Positions 8,396 to 21,086 of a DNA stretch of 64,000 nt are shown one piece after another; the stretch's first letter is position 1; each line of letters begins with the position of its first letter. Source of the DNA: Bacillota bacterium (GTDB taxonomy: Bacteria > Bacillota_I > Bacilli_A > RF39 > UBA660); the NCBI GenBank assembly GCA_015059495.1, contig SVAI01000001.1, positions 735,811-799,810 of the forward strand. The letters run 5' to 3'. Made by a program: the position numbers and the translations under genes. Under the pieces are notes generated by a model. It made no database searches, had not been told where the DNA came from, and was given only the letters and a program-made list of their open reading frames with translations.

Positions 8396-10789
8396 CTATT
8401 TAGCTGGTCTACAGAAATATGTACCATTGCCTTTATATAGTGAAACACTAACTTGATCTGGTTGTGGTTTAGGTACTGTATGATTTTTGTCTTGCCATTG
8501 ACCATGTGCAGCAAACTCTTGGTTGTTACCAATATACATTGATACATGACCTATACTCTTATAATTATCACTATTAGCATAACCATTACCTGCATAGAAT
8601 ATTAAATCTCCAACAGACAAGCTGCCACTAGAAATAACTTTACCATTCTTTTCACACCATCTATATATTTCACCAGATGTATCTGAACTATCATAAATTT
8701 TATAACTGAAGTGTCCATATGCTCTAGATACCATTGAAGAACAATCTACATATCCATCTTGATGCCTATTACTTTGAGAATAACTCCAACTATCATATGT
8801 AGCAACAGCATATTCAGCTACTCTCTTACCTAATGTTAATAAATCACCAGTAGCAACCGCATCTCCTTCTTCAGTACATGATTCTCCACCTAAATCAAAT
8901 ACTTGTTGTCTAGTTTCACTCATCCTAGAAACTTGCCATTTAGCATAAGCACTTTGATCTTCATCTGTAGTAGGAACACAACTTGCCTCTGATCCAGTAC
9001 ATTTATTTCCTTCAGCACAAGCAGCTTCAACAACACTTTGCCTTTCTTCACTTAAATACTCTCTTATATAAGGAAAGTAATAACAACCTCCAACACCTGA
9101 TCCACCTGGATTTAGCCAAACACGACCTATATAAGAATACTTCATCATCATTTGATATGCAGTAGCATAATTATGATTCTTTATATTATTAATAAATCCC
9201 ATAACACCAGCATCAAATGAAGGGAACTGTTGACATTGTTTTTCACTAGCACCGTTAAAACATCCTAAACCCCAATAGTTGTTAGATGAACCACCTGGGT
9301 CAAATCCTTCTCTAACAGCTCTAACTACAACCATCTCAGGGTTAAAGTTATTTTCAACTGAAATATCATATATTCTTCCAGCATTAGATTTAAACGCTCC
9401 ATTATTAACATTAGACATAACATAATTAATAAATTCTTCTCTAGATAATGTAGTTTCAGTTAATGATATATCACTACAATAACTACCATATTCTCCACCA
9501 GAACCACCAAATTTAACTACATTATAAATATGTCCTTCACCAGTAGCTTTCCAGTCATAGAAATGATATAAAATACCATGATAATTTTGATCCATTTTCT
9601 CAACTAAATACCAAGCAGCCCATGGTGAAAAACTATCTTTATCTGCATCACCTTGTTTAATATAATTAGAATCAACTGTTGAATCTATCCAATCCTTTAT
9701 ATAGTACATATCATCTTGAGATAATACATATACTTCTCCATCATAAGTTGTAGTAACTTCTTTATAAGTAAAATTATCATCTATTTTTAATTCACTTAAA
9801 TTTATAGGATCTAAAGAGAATACCTTATTATGAGTATATTCAATAGCATCAAATATAACTTGATTTTCATCATCTTCTTTAGGGTCAAAATAAGGTTGAT
9901 CTATTTCAAACTCACATGTATTAGATGACATATTATTAGAATTATAATATAAGTTAGTTCTATAAATAATCGCTAATGCTCTTAAAACTTCTTCATTATC
10001 TATTTCTTTATAATTTTTAACAGCCATTTGATAAGCTAAATATTCTTTATTAGTAACAGTTTCTTCTTTTTCTACTAAAACAGTACCTTCCCATTCTTCC
10101 CATTTTACTTTAACATTATCACAATAATTAACATACATATTAGTTACATTAATCTTTTCATCAGTAATAGATGATGTAACAATAAATACTACTGCAATAA
10201 CTAGTAAAATTAAAAGTAATATTCCAAGAATAGGTAATAAAAAAGGTAATACTCTTTCAACAAGGAATACAAATATCTTCTTTCTAACAACAGCTTTAGT
10301 TTTTTCTTTAGCTACTTGAGCAGCAGCACTTGCAGCATTTTCTCCTTCTTCTTTTGCTTTTTTTACTACTTGATTAGCAGCTCCAACTGCACTAGCCATC
10401 TTACTAGAAGCTTCTTTAGCCTTGTTATTAGCAGTAGTCTTCTTATTTTTATCATCTTGATTTTCATCATTTTTCTTTTTGTTATTATTTCTTAAGTTAT
10501 TAATTTTATTATTAATAATTTGAGACATTGAATCTTTAGTTGGTAACTTAGAAGCACCAACTCTATTTCTTTGTCTAGCATTTTGAAGTTGACTATCCAT
10601 TACAACATTCTCATTATTATCTACTTCTTCTTCAACATCATCTTCAATATCAGGAACATTATTTAATGGAGTTTCCATTTCTTCATTTTTAATATCATTA
10701 TCATTTAAAGTATCTATTGGATTAATTTTCCTAGGTTGTCTAGGCAATCCATTGGTAGTGTTATTATTATTTTCATTATTATCACTCAT
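8396..10789 (-). CDS. membrane-anchored cell-wall hydrolase with C-terminal NlpC/P60 (C40) peptidase domain
   Basis: The N-terminus is N/K/E-rich low complexity with one TM segment (LPFLLPILGILLLILLVIAVVFIV), followed by a large extracellular region. The C-terminus has NlpC/P60 signatures (DCSSMVSRAYGH...GDLIFY...IGHVSMYIG). Cys-rich mid-region. Confidence 0.6.
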   Translation of the reverse strand: MSDNNENNNNTTNGLPRQPRKINPIDTLNDNDIKNEEMETPLNNVPDIEDDVEEEVDNNENVVMDSQLQNARQRNRVGASKLPTKDSMSQIINNKINNLRNNNKKKNDENQDDKNKKTTANNKAKEASSKMASAVGAANQVVKKAKEEGENAASAAAQVAKEKTKAVVRKKIFVFLVERVLPFLLPILGILLLILLVIAVVFIVTSSITDEKINVTNMYVNYCDNVKVKWEEWEGTVLVEKEETVTNKEYLAYQMAVKNYKEIDNEEVLRALAIIYRTNLYYNSNNMSSNTCEFEIDQPYFDPKEDDENQVIFDAIEYTHNKVFSLDPINLSELKIDDNFTYKEVTTTYDGEVYVLSQDDMYYIKDWIDSTVDSNYIKQGDADKDSFSPWAAWYLVEKMDQNYHGILYHFYDWKATGEGHIYNVVKFGGSGGEYGSYCSDISLTETTLSREEFINYVMSNVNNGAFKSNAGRIYDISVENNFNPEMVVVRAVREGFDPGGSSNNYWGLGCFNGASEKQCQQFPSFDAGVMGFINNIKNHNYATAYQMMMKYSYIGRVWLNPGGSGVGGCYYFPYIREYLSEERQSVVEAACAEGNKCTGSEASCVPTTDEDQSAYAKWQVSRMSETRQQVFDLGGESCTEEGDAVATGDLLTLGKRVAEYAVATYDSWSYSQSNRHQDGYVDCSSMVSRAYGHFSYKIYDSSDTSGEIYRWCEKNGKVISSGSLSVGDLIFYAGNGYANSDNYKSIGHVSMYIGNNQEFAAHGQWQDKNHTVPKPQPDQVSVSLYKGNGTYFCRPAK

Positions 10790-10849
10790 AGTTTCACACC
10801 ACCTTCACTCTAAATATTTTAACATAAATACTATAAAATATAAAGAAAT

Positions 10850-10883
10850 AAAAAAAACGATATACTAAATATCGTATTTTTTT
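10850..10883. terminator. bidirectional intrinsic terminator
   Basis: ACGATAT-actaa-ATATCGT hairpin flanked by an A-run and a T-run. Confidence 0.5.
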
Positions 10884-11137
10884 CTTATTCTAGATTTTGC
10901 AGTATTGGCGTTTGCTTTTTTTAATTCGTTATAAGTCTTTTGAACACGTTCAAATGTTACTGGTTTAAAGTCATCTAAATGCTTATTAACCGTAACAACG
11001 TTTGCTCTTCCAACGCCAGTAATTGAAATAACTTTTTCATATCCGCAGTCTAAACACTTACATTTACTATTTTCTGTAAAATTGTCTAAAACACCTGCAA
11101 ACCAAATCTCATGTTGACAATCATTATTTTGCATCAC
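10865..11137 (-). CDS. zinc-ribbon small protein (hypothetical)
   Basis: 90 aa. The first pair CxxH...CxC (CQHEIW...CKC) and the second CxxC (LDCGYEK) suggest a 4-ligand zinc ribbon. Confidence 0.35.
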   Translation of the reverse strand: MMQNNDCQHEIWFAGVLDNFTENSKCKCLDCGYEKVISITGVGRANVVTVNKHLDDFKPVTFERVQKTYNELKKANANTAKSRIRKKYDI

Positions 11138-11172
11138 ACTATTCCCCCAACAAGTACTGTATTATATATTAA

Positions 11173-12303
11173 CTATAGATACTTGTCAATAGTTTTAAAT
11201 TCACTATTAATTCTTAAATTAGTGTCATCTAATTCTTTAAATAATTCTTTTTGTTTCTTATCTAATTTTTCAGGAATTAATACATTAACTATAACGTACA
11301 TATCTCCCTTTCTTCCAGTTCTAACATTTTCAACACCTTTAGATTTAATTCTTAACTTAGTACCTGCTTGAGTACCAGCATCTATTTCAATAACTAAGTT
11401 TCCATATACAGTAGGAATTTCTTTTTTACATCCTAATACTGCTTCAGTAATAGTTATAGGTAAATCTAAATAAATGTCGTCACCTTCTCTTTGGAATATA
11501 CCATGTTCTTTAACCTTAAATTGAATATAAATATCTCCATTAGGTCCACCATTAAATCCCTTAGATCCTTTACCAGTAATTCTAAGTTCAGATCCATTAT
11601 CTACACCTGCAGGTATATCAACTTCAATAGTTTTATTCTTAGTAACATGACCATGTCCTTTACAATCAGAACATACTCTTCCAAATGTTCTACCTGTACC
11701 ACCACAATCAGGACAAGTAGTTTGTTGTTGAATTACACCAAATATACTTTGTGTTTGACTAACAACTCTACCAGTACCACCACAAGTTGAACAAGTTTTT
11801 TCATCAAATCCACCTTTACCATTACAAGTAGCACAGTCTTCATCTAAATCAAGTTTTAATTCTTTCTTACATCCAAATATAGCTTCTTCAAAAGTTAAAT
11901 TAACTCTAACTAGAGTATCATCACCTTTTCTAGCTCTATTCTTTTTAGCACCTCTTCTTGATGAGAAACCAAATCCCCCACCAAACATATCTTCAAAAAT
12001 ATCACCTAAATCGATATCTTCAAAACCTTGGAAGCCACTAAATCCACCATAGTTGCCGTATGGATTACCACCAGCACCATTTTCAAATGCAGCATGACCA
12101 AATTGATCATATTGTTTTCTTTTTTGTTCATCACCTAATACAGAATATGCTTCTCCTACTTCTTTAAACTTAGCTTCTGCACCTTCTTCTTTATTAATAT
12201 CAGGATGATATTTCTTAGCCATCTTTCTAAAGGCTGATTTTATCTCTGCTTGTGAAGCATTCTTATCAACACCTAAAACTTCATAATAATCTTTTTTTGC
12301 CAA
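11173..12303 (-). CDS. dnaJ: molecular chaperone DnaJ
   Basis: J-domain with HPD, G/F-rich linker, four CxxCxGxG zinc-finger repeats, C-terminal domain. Confidence 0.92.
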   Translation of the reverse strand: MAKKDYYEVLGVDKNASQAEIKSAFRKMAKKYHPDINKEEGAEAKFKEVGEAYSVLGDEQKRKQYDQFGHAAFENGAGGNPYGNYGGFSGFQGFEDIDLGDIFEDMFGGGFGFSSRRGAKKNRARKGDDTLVRVNLTFEEAIFGCKKELKLDLDEDCATCNGKGGFDEKTCSTCGGTGRVVSQTQSIFGVIQQQTTCPDCGGTGRTFGRVCSDCKGHGHVTKNKTIEVDIPAGVDNGSELRITGKGSKGFNGGPNGDIYIQFKVKEHGIFQREGDDIYLDLPITITEAVLGCKKEIPTVYGNLVIEIDAGTQAGTKLRIKSKGVENVRTGRKGDMYVIVNVLIPEKLDKKQKELFKELDDTNLRINSEFKTIDKYL

Positions 12304-12304
12304 A

Positions 12305-14098
12305 TTACTTCACCTCGTCTCTTAATTCAACGAATTTATCTAATAAACTATCAAAATAATTAATAGCTTTTATATAAACTTGTTTATCACTAATATCAAT
12401 ACCTAATACTTTATAGATATCAACATTATCTTTATCTCCTCCTGTAGATAAGAATTTAATATACTTATCCAACATTTCTTTATTACCAGATAATATTTCA
12501 CTAGCAACATAAGATGCTATTGAAATACAAAAAGCATATGCAAATAAATAATAATTCATATAATAATGACTACGTCTAGCCCATGATAGACCAGCATATT
12601 CATCTTTATTAACAGTATCACCATAATATTTATCAATACTATCTATAGTCAATTTATTCATATAATCAGCAGTAATAAAATTGCCATCATTAACATAATT
12701 ATAGAAATCTAATTCCATTTTACCTTCTCTAACAGCACCAAATAAATTAGATACAATTACATCTAAAACATTTTCAATACCTTTTAATTGTTCTTTCTTA
12801 TCTTTACCATTATTAGCTAAATATGAAGATAATAAACATTCATTAGTTAATGATGCTACTTCTGCAATTAAAGATCCAACTTCTCTATATTGTTTAGGAT
12901 TATTTTCTATTAAATATTGATGATGAACATCATGTCCACCTTCGTGAATAATAGTAGATACAGAAGTTAAATCATAGTTATAACTCATTAATATTCTAGA
13001 TTCAAAATCTAAACCAGAAGCACAATATCCACCAGAACACTTACCTGGATAACAAGCATAATCTATATGTCTATTATCAAATACTTTTTTAAAGTGATTG
13101 TAATAATCTTCACCTAATACTTTAATAGAATTCAAACATAATTCTTGAGCTTCTTCGATAGAATATTCTTTATCTAATTTAACCATCTCAAGATTTAAAT
13201 CACACATATCTAATGTATCTAAATTTTTAGTTTCTTTTAATACTTTAAAAAACTTTTGTAACTTATCAACATTTTCTTCAACAGCACTAATTAATGCATC
13301 ATATGCTGATTGAGGCATCTTATTATGAAACAATTTAGCATCCCATGCATCTTTATAATTATGTAATTTACAATTTGTAATATTACTCTTAACATATCCA
13401 TTTAATAATATAGCAGACATATCAGCATATTGTTTTAATACTTTATTATATTTTTTTCTAACTTCTTTTCTTATTTCTTTATTTTCATTTTTATAAAATC
13501 TATCCAAATTAGTTGGAGTAATCTTTTCTTCTTCACCATCTATATTAATAGTTCCATAATCATGTAACTTATTTAACATAGTTGAAGAAGCACTATCAAA
13601 ATTAGGACTAGCATTATTTAATTCATTAATAATTATTTCTTTATCTGTAGATAAAATATGATCTTTAGCTCTATAAATATCATCTAATATAGCTTTATAT
13701 TCTTTTAACTTATCATTTTCAAATAATTTATCATATTCTTCTTTAGATAACTCTAATAATTCAGATGAAAAGAATGCGATAGCATTAGAATACTTAGTTT
13801 CTAAATCATCAGTTTTATTCATTCTTTCCATGTTTTCAGATACACCTAATTCTTGATCATTAACTAAAAATGCATATACACTTAATCTATATAATAAAGT
13901 CATAGTATCAGTATCTAATCTTAAAAATTCATATAATTTATTACTATCTTTAGTACAATTTTTATATGTTGATAATTTATCTACATTACTTTTAGCAATA
14001 TCAAAATCTTTATTAAAAGATTCAATATCTGGATATATTTCTTTTAAATCCCACTTATATTGTTCTGGAACATCACTTCTACTATTATATTTTTGCAT
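12305..14098 (-). CDS. pepF: oligoendopeptidase F (M3B family)
   Basis: 597 aa with the HEGGH zinc-binding motif ([10 protein letters not shown]) and M3B architecture. It lies between dnaK and dnaJ. Confidence 0.85.
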   Translation of the reverse strand: MQKYNSRSDVPEQYKWDLKEIYPDIESFNKDFDIAKSNVDKLSTYKNCTKDSNKLYEFLRLDTDTMTLLYRLSVYAFLVNDQELGVSENMERMNKTDDLETKYSNAIAFFSSELLELSKEEYDKLFENDKLKEYKAILDDIYRAKDHILSTDKEIIINELNNASPNFDSASSTMLNKLHDYGTINIDGEEEKITPTNLDRFYKNENKEIRKEVRKKYNKVLKQYADMSAILLNGYVKSNITNCKLHNYKDAWDAKLFHNKMPQSAYDALISAVEENVDKLQKFFKVLKETKNLDTLDMCDLNLEMVKLDKEYSIEEAQELCLNSIKVLGEDYYNHFKKVFDNRHIDYACYPGKCSGGYCASGLDFESRILMSYNYDLTSVSTIIHEGGHDVHHQYLIENNPKQYREVGSLIAEVASLTNECLLSSYLANNGKDKKEQLKGIENVLDVIVSNLFGAVREGKMELDFYNYVNDGNFITADYMNKLTIDSIDKYYGDTVNKDEYAGLSWARRSHYYMNYYLFAYAFCISIASYVASEILSGNKEMLDKYIKFLSTGGDKDNVDIYKVLGIDISDKQVYIKAINYFDSLLDKFVELRDEVK

Positions 14099-14149
14099 AT
14101 TAACTCCTTTATTAGCAGTAAAGGTTCTAGTTTCCTAGAACCTAACTAC

Positions 14150-15991
<1,842 letters not shown>

Positions 15992-16002
15992 TCATCCTTT
16001 CA

Positions 16003-16593
16003 TTATTCAGACACTTTTACAAAGGCATGTCTAATAACCTTATCTTTATACATATAACCTTTTTGAAGTACCATTAACACATAATTTGGTTCAACACCAT
16101 CTACATGTTCAGTCATAATTGCTTCCATAGTATTAGGATCAAATTCCTTATCTTGGCAATCAATTGCTTTTACTTCATACTTTTCTAAAATACTTAAAAG
16201 ATTTGAATAAATCATTTTATAACCTTCTAAATACTTTTCATTAACAGACTTATCCATTTCGATAGCTCTTTCAAAGTTATCTACAATTGGTAAAATATCT
16301 TTAATGAAATCTAATCCTTCATATTTAAACATATTTTGAACTTCATCATTATGTCTTTTACCAATATTTTGAATTTCAGCACTAAGTCTAAGTACTTTAT
16401 CACTTAAATCTCTAATAACTACTTCGTATTTTTCAGAGATTTCTTTTATTTCATCTTTTTTATTTTTCTTTTTATCATGATTCTTGCACTCTTTATCTTC
16501 ACAATGACATTCTTCATTGCAAGTACATTCTTTACCATCTTGGCATCCACAAGTGCAATTTTCATCACATTCGCAATTATTATGCTTTTTCAT
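16003..16593 (-). CDS. grpE: nucleotide exchange factor GrpE with Cys/His-rich N-terminal extension
   Basis: The C-terminal ~150 aa are a typical GrpE coiled-coil plus beta domain. The N-terminal 40 aa read MKKHNNCECDENCTCGCQDGKECTCNEECHCEDKECKNHD. The start overlaps the hrcA stop. Confidence 0.85.
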   Translation of the reverse strand: MKKHNNCECDENCTCGCQDGKECTCNEECHCEDKECKNHDKKKNKKDEIKEISEKYEVVIRDLSDKVLRLSAEIQNIGKRHNDEVQNMFKYEGLDFIKDILPIVDNFERAIEMDKSVNEKYLEGYKMIYSNLLSILEKYEVKAIDCQDKEFDPNTMEAIMTEHVDGVEPNYVLMVLQKGYMYKDKVIRHAFVKVSE

Positions 16594-17603
16594 TAATTAT
16601 CCTCCTCGTCATTTAAATTATCACTGATGTATTTAAGTAAACCTATAACTCTATCATATTCCATTCTCTTAGGACCAATAACAGCTATAGTACCTTCTTC
16701 ACCATTCTTGTGATACTTAGTTTTAATAACAGTAACATCTTTATCAAATTCACTATCATCACCAATATAAACATTAATACCATTATCTTTACTTTCTATT
16801 CTTTTAACGATATCTTCATCATCAAACTTAGAAAGTATTCTCTTAATGTCTTCACTATTTTGAAATTCACTTTGATGTAATAATTTAACTTGACCAGACA
16901 TATGAACATTGCTTGTATTTTTAGCAAAGTCATTAAATGCATCATAAAAGATTGAATATATTTGCTCATATTGTTTAACCTTCTTAGCTATAATAGGTTT
17001 AATATCAAATTCTAATCTTTTTGATACTTCATTAATTGGAATACCAATTAGCATCTTATTAATAATCTCCGAAGTTTTAACAACTTCTGAAACCATAGTG
17101 TCATCAGGTAATGTATATTGTTTATTTTCAACAATACCCTTATCTGTACAAACTAAAGCTACTATTTTATTATCTGATAAAGGAATTATACTTACTTGTT
17201 GAAGTGTATTATCTTTAGATGTACTACCAAGTATTATAGATGTATAGTTTGTAATATCACTAATGATATCAACACATTTTTCTATAGCATCACTAACTTC
17301 TAATTTAGAGTTAGAAAATACTGTTTGTAGTTGTAATACATCTTCACCCGTAAGTTCTTTGACTTCCATTAGGTTTTCAACATAATATTTGTAACCTTCT
17401 TCCGACGGAATTCTACCACTAGATATATGATTCTTTTCAATATATCCAAGACTTTCAAGTTTAGCCATATCATTTCTGATTGTAGCTGAAGAACACTTGA
17501 ACTTCTTGCAAAGCGATTTTGATCCAATCGGAACAGCAGTCTTGATGTATGTTTCTACGATGGCCTTTAACAGTTCACTTTGTCTTTGATTCAAAGTAAT
17601 CAC
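16593..17603 (-). CDS. hrcA: heat-inducible transcription repressor HrcA
   Basis: N-terminal winged HTH (RQSELLKAIVETYIKTAVPIGS) and HrcA C-domain. GTG start with AAAGAGGG RBS. First gene of the hrcA-grpE-dnaK-dnaJ cluster. Confidence 0.85.
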   Translation of the reverse strand: MITLNQRQSELLKAIVETYIKTAVPIGSKSLCKKFKCSSATIRNDMAKLESLGYIEKNHISSGRIPSEEGYKYYVENLMEVKELTGEDVLQLQTVFSNSKLEVSDAIEKCVDIISDITNYTSIILGSTSKDNTLQQVSIIPLSDNKIVALVCTDKGIVENKQYTLPDDTMVSEVVKTSEIINKMLIGIPINEVSKRLEFDIKPIIAKKVKQYEQIYSIFYDAFNDFAKNTSNVHMSGQVKLLHQSEFQNSEDIKRILSKFDDEDIVKRIESKDNGINVYIGDDSEFDKDVTVIKTKYHKNGEEGTIAVIGPKRMEYDRVIGLLKYISDNLNDEEDN

Positions 17604-17609
17604 CCTCTT

Positions 17610-17636
17610 TTAGCACTCACTTAATTAAAATGCTAA
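17610..17636. promoter_or_regulatory. CIRCE-like inverted repeat (proximal, degenerate)
   Basis: TTAGCACTC-N9-AAATGCTAA, matching the TTAGCACTC-N9-GAGTGCTAA consensus at 16/18 positions. It lies immediately upstream of the hrcA RBS. Confidence 0.45.
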
Positions 17637-17655
17637 TAATATATTACTATTATAT

Positions 17656-17682
17656 TTAGCACTTGTCAAGTTTATGTGCTAA
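17656..17682. promoter_or_regulatory. CIRCE-like HrcA operator (distal)
   Basis: TTAGCACTT-N9-ATGTGCTAA. The TTAGCAC/GTGCTAA arms are a perfect inverted repeat with a 9-nt spacer. Confidence 0.6.
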
Positions 17683-17727
17683 TTATTTACATAATTAAAA
17701 AAGTGACCTAAAAAAGCCACTTTTTTA

Positions 17728-19500
17728 TTAAACAATCTTATCTTCGACTGTATGTAATTTTTGATAATATTTACAACTCTTCATTAAAGATTCATGTGTT
17801 CCATGATCTAACACTTTTCCATTAGAAATAACATATATTTCATCACTATCTATAATAGTAGATAATCTATGTGCTACTATTAATACAGTATGATCTTTTG
17901 CTAAAGCATCAACAGAATCTTTAATTATCTTTTGAGAAGCATTATCTAAAGCAGATGTAGCCTCATCCATTAATATAATTTTAGATTTCTTTAATAATGT
18001 TCTAGCAATAGCAATTCTTTGCTTTTGACCACCTGATAAATTAACTCCACCTTCACCTAAAACAGTGTCATATTTTTTAGGTAAAGACATTATATAATCA
18101 TCAATTGATGCTAGTTTACAATACTTTCTTATTTCCTTTAATGTTATCTTATCATCCAACATTTTAAAGTTATCTTTTATAGACATATTAAAGATAAATG
18201 GTTCTTGTCTAATAATTGAAATATTACTTCTTAATGATTTTTCACTAATTCCTTTAATATCTACTCCATCAATTGTAATACTTCCTTTATCAGTATCAAA
18301 TAATCTTGTTAATAAGTTAAATATTGTAGTTTTACCACCACCAGATGCACCAACAATAGCTATCTTTTTATTTGGTTCAAATTTAATACTAAAATCATTT
18401 AATATAACTCCTTCATTAGGATAATTAAATGTTACATTTTTAAATTCTACTACCCCTTTTATATTCTTTAATTCTTTATCACCAAATTTAACATCTTCAT
18501 ATAATTTATTATTTAATATATCAGAAATTCTATCAAACGATACAGATAATCTTGCCATATCCTTTGAAAAATCAGTTACTGAATGAATAATCCAAGTATA
18601 TCTATAAACATAATATGTCATAGCTATAAAGAATGTTACATTACTCTTACCAGTACCTACTAGTACAGCACAAGTAATAAATACTAAACTTTCTAAAATA
18701 CCACACATTGTATCGCTTATAGAATCATACTTCACAGTTTCTTCCATTCCTTTAAAACTAACCTTAGTTAATCTTTTAACTACTTCATCAACTCTTGAAT
18801 AAACCCTATTTACAATTCCTAAAGTTTTTATTTCTCTAATACCCCTAATTGATTCAGTTGTTAATGATGTATATTTATCATTTTCCTTTTTAGTATCTTC
18901 TCTATATTTCTTCAATCTCTTTGTAAAATACTTAACTATAAAATAATAAATAGCTAAAAAGAAAATTATTTCTAGACCTACTACATAAGAATTAATAAAT
19001 ATGTATATTAATATTAATGCAGCAGCTATTATTCTAGATACCATTTCTACTAGTTTTTGTGAAATACCAATAATACTTTCAGTATCACTAGTAACTCTGT
19101 TAACTAACTCACCTGTAGATAAATCTTCAAATGCTCTAGCAGGTAATCTTAATGTTTTATTATAAACATCAAGTCCAATTCTTCTAGATATCAATGTTTG
19201 TGCTTTATTAAATAAATAATAAACTACTACAATAACTACATTAGAAACAGTAGCAATTAAAAAGTAAATAAATAAGTAAAATAATCCTTTTCTTACATCT
19301 AATAATGTTACAGCTTCAGTAGCAGCACCAACTAAATATCCAGAAAACACAAAAGACATATTAAATATAAATAATAAAATAGAATAAAATAATAGCTTAC
19401 CTTTAAATTCATCAAAATATTTTAATAAAGGTTTAACACTATTAATATAATCTTTTAATGTTTTTTTATTTTCTTTAGACGTTTTTGAAACGTTCAACAC
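17728..19500 (-). CDS. ABC transporter ATP-binding/permease protein (MsbA-like exporter)
   Basis: Six-TM domain followed by an NBD: Walker A GASGGGKTT, LSGGQKQR, Walker B ILMDEATSALD. Confidence 0.8.
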   Translation of the reverse strand: MLNVSKTSKENKKTLKDYINSVKPLLKYFDEFKGKLLFYSILLFIFNMSFVFSGYLVGAATEAVTLLDVRKGLFYLFIYFLIATVSNVVIVVVYYLFNKAQTLISRRIGLDVYNKTLRLPARAFEDLSTGELVNRVTSDTESIIGISQKLVEMVSRIIAAALILIYIFINSYVVGLEIIFFLAIYYFIVKYFTKRLKKYREDTKKENDKYTSLTTESIRGIREIKTLGIVNRVYSRVDEVVKRLTKVSFKGMEETVKYDSISDTMCGILESLVFITCAVLVGTGKSNVTFFIAMTYYVYRYTWIIHSVTDFSKDMARLSVSFDRISDILNNKLYEDVKFGDKELKNIKGVVEFKNVTFNYPNEGVILNDFSIKFEPNKKIAIVGASGGGKTTIFNLLTRLFDTDKGSITIDGVDIKGISEKSLRSNISIIRQEPFIFNMSIKDNFKMLDDKITLKEIRKYCKLASIDDYIMSLPKKYDTVLGEGGVNLSGGQKQRIAIARTLLKKSKIILMDEATSALDNASQKIIKDSVDALAKDHTVLIVAHRLSTIIDSDEIYVISNGKVLDHGTHESLMKSCKYYQKLHTVEDKIV

Positions 19501-19744
19501 AATATCACTCTCCTTTTTTTCTCATAATAAAAATCCTATTTTCATAGGATTCAAGTGATATTTTTATACACAAAAATATTAGAGACTTAAATCCCATGAA
19601 AAATAATATTTGTTATTAATTTTAATATTGTAAAATAATCTAATCATGGAACTCACATCTCCTTTCTTTTTCCCATTTCAAAAATTACAAGTATAATGTA
19701 TCAAATATGTCAATAAATGTCAACCAAATTTTAAGTAATAATTA

Positions 19745-19773
19745 TTGATAAAATTTACCTAAAATAGTATAAT
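19745..19773 (+). promoter_or_regulatory. sigma-A-type promoter upstream of the GspE-like gene
   Basis: TTGATA, 17-nt spacer, TATAAT. Confidence 0.4.
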
Positions 19774-19796
19774 GGATATTAGGATAAAAGGGTACG

Positions 19797-21086
19797 GTGA
19801 GGAATATGAACGAAGAAGCTAAAAAAAGTCCAATATTTCATAAGTTCGACTACGATAAGATTCCTATCGTAGATTTAGTTAACCAAATCATTACTGACGC
19901 TTATGAAAAAAGAGCTTCAGATATTCACTTCGATCCAGCTGAAACTGACCTTAACGTTAGAATCAGAGTCGATGGTGAATTAGTTCTATACGCTATTGTA
20001 CCTGAACATGTAAAAAAGAACTTATCAACAAGAATTAAAATCATCGCTGGTATGAATATTACTGAAACAAGATTACCACAAGATGGTGCTATAAAAATGG
20101 AATTTGATGGAAACCCAATAGACATGCGTGTCTCTTCCCTTCCTTCAGTAAACGGTGAAAAAATCGTTATCCGTATCTTAGACTATTCAAGAAGTTTAGA
20201 TGGTTTAGAAGTAATTGGACTTTCTAGTGAAAACTTAAAAACAATTAAAAATATGTTAAATGCTCAAAACGGTATCATCCTAGTAACCGGTGCTACTGGT
20301 TCAGGTAAATCAACAACTGTATACTCAATGTTACAAAGATTAAATAAAGTTGAAACAAATGTCATCACAGTTGAAGATCCAGTAGAAATGAAAGTTGCTG
20401 GACTAAACCAAGTTCAAGTTATGAGTGATATCGGTCTTACATTTGCAGCCGCACTAAGAAGTATCTTACGTCAAGACCCAGATGTAATAATGATCGGAGA
20501 GATCCGTGATGATGAAACTGCTCGTATCGCTGTACGTGCTGCCATCACTGGTCACTTAGTTTTATCAACAATCCACACAAACAATACATTAAATACAATC
20601 GAAAGACTTTTAGATATGGATGTTGAACGTTACCTATTAGGTTCAGCCTTAACTGGTATAATTTCACAAAGACTTACTAAAAAACTTTGTCCTAAATGTA
20701 AAAAATCAAGACCAACAACAAAATATGAAAAAATCGTATTTGAAAAAGCATTAGGAAGAAAAGTTGATGCAGTTTATGAACCAGTAGGATGTCAACATTG
20801 TATTAAAGGTTACTTAGGTCGTGTTCCAGTACACGAAGTTTTAGAATTAAACCAAGAAATCAGAGACGCTATTGTTAACAACATGAGAGAAGAAGACTTA
20901 AGAGAATTAGTTTATGAAAAATCACATGTAAAATCTATCCTACAAGATGGATTATTCAAAGTTCTTCAAGGTGAAACTTCTTTTGAAGAAGTATTAAGAG
21001 TTGTTGACGTTGAAACAGATTTCGGAGATAAAGACTCTGAACTAAAAGCAGCACTTCTTGGTAAATATCAAGAGATGAATGAATAA
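19797..21086 (+). CDS. GspE/PilB-family secretion/pilus-assembly ATPase
   Basis: N2 domain, Walker A VTGATGSGKSTT, Asp and His boxes, and the tetracysteine CPKCKK...CQHC motif. The track start is a GTG. An ATG three codons downstream (MNEEAKK) is equally plausible. Confidence 0.8.
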   Translation: MRNMNEEAKKSPIFHKFDYDKIPIVDLVNQIITDAYEKRASDIHFDPAETDLNVRIRVDGELVLYAIVPEHVKKNLSTRIKIIAGMNITETRLPQDGAIKMEFDGNPIDMRVSSLPSVNGEKIVIRILDYSRSLDGLEVIGLSSENLKTIKNMLNAQNGIILVTGATGSGKSTTVYSMLQRLNKVETNVITVEDPVEMKVAGLNQVQVMSDIGLTFAAALRSILRQDPDVIMIGEIRDDETARIAVRAAITGHLVLSTIHTNNTLNTIERLLDMDVERYLLGSALTGIISQRLTKKLCPKCKKSRPTTKYEKIVFEKALGRKVDAVYEPVGCQHCIKGYLGRVPVHEVLELNQEIRDAIVNNMREEDLRELVYEKSHVKSILQDGLFKVLQGETSFEEVLRVVDVETDFGDKDSELKAALLGKYQEMNE

